A stretch of DNA of 20,000 nucleotides, taken from the IMG/VR virus record IMGVR_UViG_3300018080_007205. One strand, given 5' to 3'. The stretch is from an uncultured virus (IMG/VR IMGVR_UViG_3300018080_007205) (Duplodnaviria; Heunggongvirae; Uroviricota; Caudoviricetes). Shown piece after piece: positions 17,737 through 20,000 of this stretch; within the stretch, counting starts at the first letter, position 1, and each line of letters begins with the position of its first letter. The notes under the pieces were generated by a model. It was not told where the DNA came from and ran no database searches. It saw only the letters and a list, made by a program, of their open reading frames with translations. A program made the translations under genes and the position numbers.

Positions 17737-17982
17737 TCACCCGCCTCCCCAGAAGTCCTCGCCCAGATCCGGCAGGTCGCCGGAGCCGGCATCCGGCACC
17801 AAGTCGGGCAGCGGCGCGGCGTCCGGCGGCGAAACCGTGTCCGGAGACAAGGTGTCGGGCACCAAGGAATCCGGAGCAGCCGCATCCGGATGTGCGAACA
17901 TGTCCGGGCAGTCTACCCACTCGTCCGCGGCGCAGGCGGCCATTACCAGTGCGCATGCGACCATTACAGCTGCCTTTGCCAT
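17737..17982 (-). CDS. Putative lipoprotein with Pro-Asp-rich repeats
   Basis: ATG 17982 with GAGGAG SD; LVMAA-C lipobox; repeated PDxxx units. Confidence 0.7.
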   Translation of the reverse strand: MAKAAVMVACALVMAACAADEWVDCPDMFAHPDAAAPDSLVPDTLSPDTVSPPDAAPLPDLVPDAGSGDLPDLGEDFWGGG

Positions 17983-18548
17983 ATTCTCCTCATCAGTTCC
18001 CCCTCTTTTCTTGCCGCACGGGCTATATACGGGCAAGCCCTCTCTTCCATGTGCGTAAGCATAAATCGGCACACATGCTCCGCATTTCCGTGCGCGTCGC
18101 GTTCGAACTTTCGCCAGATGTCAGACGGCCAGATGTTCTCGTCACACAGCAGGCGGTACCTGTCCCCACGCAGATATGACACCATCTGAATGGCAAGCAC
18201 AGCGCAAACTTTGCCTTCATCAATGAAGTTCGGGAGAGACTTTGGCGACATTCCAAACGCGGCATACATGCTGTTGAAATAGAACGACTCCCTTTCTCCG
18301 GATTTATCGACCGGAATCATCAGCGCCCTCAGGCTGTCAAACTGTCTGAAATGCACCTTCATCAGCATTTCGAACAGCCTCATCAGCTTTACGCCCTGAC
18401 CGGCCGGAATGAACAGTTTCCTGCCGATATCCAGGAACAGCCTACCAAGATAGAGGCACGACTCTGCCTGGCGCTTGACATAGTTTCCCTCATCCAACTT
18501 CTCTGCCCATACTTTCGGAGAAGGGATCAGGCTGGCGTGGCACCTCAT
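17964..18548 (-). CDS. Hypothetical protein
   Basis: 194 aa ORF tiling between neighbours. Confidence 0.7.
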   Translation of the reverse strand: MRCHASLIPSPKVWAEKLDEGNYVKRQAESCLYLGRLFLDIGRKLFIPAGQGVKLMRLFEMLMKVHFRQFDSLRALMIPVDKSGERESFYFNSMYAAFGMSPKSLPNFIDEGKVCAVLAIQMVSYLRGDRYRLLCDENIWPSDIWRKFERDAHGNAEHVCRFMLTHMEERACPYIARAARKEGELMRRIWQRQL

Positions 18549-18564
18549 TGTCAGATCCCGTCTG

Positions 18565-18786
18565 TCATTTAGATTCTTCCGCTGCCTTCTGTACCTTTTC
18601 CTTGGCGCAGCAGTTGCCAGACAAGTAGGCGAACCCTCCAGCCATTGCCGCTATCGCGATCGCCAAGGCAATTAAGCAGATGAAAGTGCGCTCTCTCAGA
18701 TCGACCATGAGGTACAAAAGAAAAATGCCGCAGCTTCCGTAAAAAATGACTGTCAGAAAAGCCTCGATTGGAGTTTCAAATCCCAT
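18565..18786 (-). CDS. Small membrane protein
   Basis: Start taken at ATG 18786 (MGFETPIE), overlapping the upstream gene end; two TM segments. Confidence 0.6.
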   Translation of the reverse strand: MGFETPIEAFLTVIFYGSCGIFLLYLMVDLRERTFICLIALAIAIAAMAGGFAYLSGNCCAKEKVQKAAEESK

Positions 18787-19798
18787 CTTCAATCTCCGAT
18801 TCAAGCGGGAGCGTCCCCACAAATCTCCTCGCTGTCAGAATGTCCTCTTTGGAATCGTCGTACACTTCTATGGACGGCACGCTCACACGCTCCATCTCCG
18901 GGTACCTGAGGGCGGTCAGATGACCGCCAAAGACGCACGCGGTGTCGATGTTGATCGTCTTATGTAGTGCCCTGGGGGCGTATACCGGCTGGTGACCATA
19001 GATAATCAGGGGCGAATCCCGGTCCACCCTGCGCTCCATCGCCCAGTCAATCCTGTCCGGGAAACCGTTTTCAAGAACCTTGCCCGTAGTGGGTCCGTAT
19101 ATGCAGTAGGCTTTCACCCTCCTGCTTGGATCCCCTATGCCTCGAAACTCGTCCTTCCACGCGGCATGCACGACCACGAGCCTGCCGTCGTCCAGCTCCA
19201 GGAAATAGTTCAGGTTGGACATGAAATCGAACAGCTCCCCCTTGTCCACCTTCGCCTCGCACAGCTGGTCGAGCGTCTTGTCGAGCCCGTTATTCTCCTT
19301 TACCTTGTTCCCCTTCGCCCAGCGCATCAGCTTGTCGCAGTGGTTCCCCATGATCCAGCGCGCCCTTTGGGCGCGGCACATGCGCATCGCATACAGTATG
19401 ACCTCGTCCGACTGCGGTCCCCTGTCTGCCAGGTCCCCTAGGAATATCAGCTTGCGGTCGCCCACGTCGTGAAGAATGCCGTCGTCCCCGTCCTCCACCT
19501 TGTGTCCAAGAGCGCGCATCAGGATCAGCAGCTCGTGCCAGCATCCGTGTATGTCCCCTATGATATCGTACTTGGGAACATTTTTCCTTGGCTTGATTGA
19601 TACGACAGCATCCTCCTTTTCCAGCGGACACGATATGTGCCTCCATGTTCGGCACTCCTCCTTGCTTGGAGACCAAGCCGGGTGGTTGCCCGGCCAGTCA
19701 TCCAGGTGGGCACCTAGGAGTTCGCACCCCCCAAGCACATCTTCATACATGTAAAAGGAAAAAGGGCAGCTCGAACATCCGTCGTATTTACGCCTCAT
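18776..19798 (-). CDS. PrpE/Pnkp-phosphatase-like metallophosphoesterase with N-terminal Cys-rich domain
   Basis: YDIIGDIHGC, FLGDLADRGP, GNHCDKL, LDDGRLVVVHA, YGPTTG...GFPDRIDWA, YGHQP, NIDTACVFGGHLTALRYPE; these match the bacterial Pnkp phosphatase domain and B. subtilis PrpE. SD AGGAG at 19806-19810. Confidence 0.9.
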   Translation of the reverse strand: MRRKYDGCSSCPFSFYMYEDVLGGCELLGAHLDDWPGNHPAWSPSKEECRTWRHISCPLEKEDAVVSIKPRKNVPKYDIIGDIHGCWHELLILMRALGHKVEDGDDGILHDVGDRKLIFLGDLADRGPQSDEVILYAMRMCRAQRARWIMGNHCDKLMRWAKGNKVKENNGLDKTLDQLCEAKVDKGELFDFMSNLNYFLELDDGRLVVVHAAWKDEFRGIGDPSRRVKAYCIYGPTTGKVLENGFPDRIDWAMERRVDRDSPLIIYGHQPVYAPRALHKTINIDTACVFGGHLTALRYPEMERVSVPSIEVYDDSKEDILTARRFVGTLPLESEIEDGI

Positions 19799-19810
19799 AA
19801 CAGAACTCCT

Positions 19811-19903
19811 TGGTTGATCGGGCGGGGTTCGAACCCGCGTCTTTCATCCTGACGGCTGATCAGGCCGACACCGATGAATGTCCTTCCGCTAGACGACCGA
19901 CCG
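19811..19903 (-). tRNA. Atypical tRNA-like gene with 19-nt-extended anticodon arm and encoded CCA
   Basis: Minus-strand sequence CGGTCGG TC GTCT AGCGGAA GGAC A TTCATCGGTGTCGGC CTGATCA GCCGTCAGGATGAA AGAC GCGGG TTCGAAC CCCGC CCGATCA A CCA. It has an acceptor stem (6 of 7 paired), U8, a D arm with A14/G15/GG, a perfect T arm with TTCGA, A73 and CCA. Confidence 0.85.
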
Positions 19904-19936
19904 TGACCGCCTGCTAGCCGACGGTCATCTCCGCGC

Positions 19937-20000
19937 TCATTGATCGTCATCCTCCTGGCTTCCCAGGAGTTCTTCCACGATGCCCGACACGTCGATGCCG
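19937..20000 (-). CDS. 3' end of a gene entering from the right edge
   Basis: Open frame ...GIDVSGIVEELLGSQEDDDQ ending at TGA 19937-19939. Confidence 0.55.
   Translation of the reverse strand, partial: GIDVSGIVEELLGSQEDDDQ

Noticed and set aside
17655..17885. 76-aa minus-strand ORF, or a frameshifted continuation of the PD lipoprotein
   Set aside because: It mostly overlaps the lipoprotein in another frame, has no SD and no clear slippery site.
19843..19878. Archaeal-type bulge-helix-bulge intron or group I intron in the tRNA
   Set aside because: There are no two 3-nt bulges separated by 4 bp, and 19 nt is far too short for self-splicing. Removing 19 contiguous nt gives no convincing loop: the simple excisions leave G at position 33. 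Non-canonical splicing is not excluded.
19811..19903. Calling the element an ordinary tRNA-Ile(GAU), tmRNA, or an integration site
   Set aside because: Arm length and C37 are incompatible with a normal tRNA-Ile. It has a real D stem and no tag reading frame, unlike tmRNA. No integrase or duplicated 3' fragment is seen in the window.
1..20000. Numerous plus-strand ORFs up to 293 aa (e.g. 16376-17257, 11110-11856, 9292-9990)
   Set aside because: All lie antisense to well-supported minus-strand genes and show no recognisable motifs; they are shadow ORFs.
1..20000. Stop-codon reassignment
   Set aside because: TAG, TGA and TAA all end genes at positions that tile with the next start, and conserved proteins are full length in the standard code.
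1..20000. CRISPR array, IS element or long direct repeats
   Set aside because: No regularly spaced repeats, transposase or integrase motifs were seen by eye, and there is little non-coding space.

Overview
The window is a densely packed, almost entirely minus-strand gene array of about 35 CDS. Most genes are translationally coupled (ATGA/TAATG overlaps) and carry AGGAG/GGAGG Shine-Dalgarno sites. It reads like the accessory or counter-defence region of a large bacteriophage or phage-like element; this is inferred, because no structural or replication genes are in the window. Recognisable products: a GP88-like Fe-S protein, three metallophosphoesterases (one PrpE/Pnkp-phosphatase-like), a DenV-like pyrimidine-dimer glycosylase, a full-length LonA protease, an AAA+ ATPase, a T4 Rnl1-type RNA ligase, an SCO6735/TARG1-like macrodomain, a NADAR, an RlaP-like nucleotidyltransferase, an SLT transglycosylase, a papain-family lipoprotein with thrombospondin type-3 repeats, a radical SAM enzyme and an rIIB-C-terminal-like protein. 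The most unusual feature is a 93-nt CCA-ending tRNA-like gene at 19811-19903 (-). It has normal D, T and acceptor arms, but its anticodon arm is 19 nt longer than normal, and it carries G3:U70/A73 and a C1xA72 mismatch. Its CCA directly abuts the ribosome-binding site of the Pnkp-like phosphatase. The LonA also lacks the conserved QREYYL helix. All family calls come from motif recognition by eye, not database searches.
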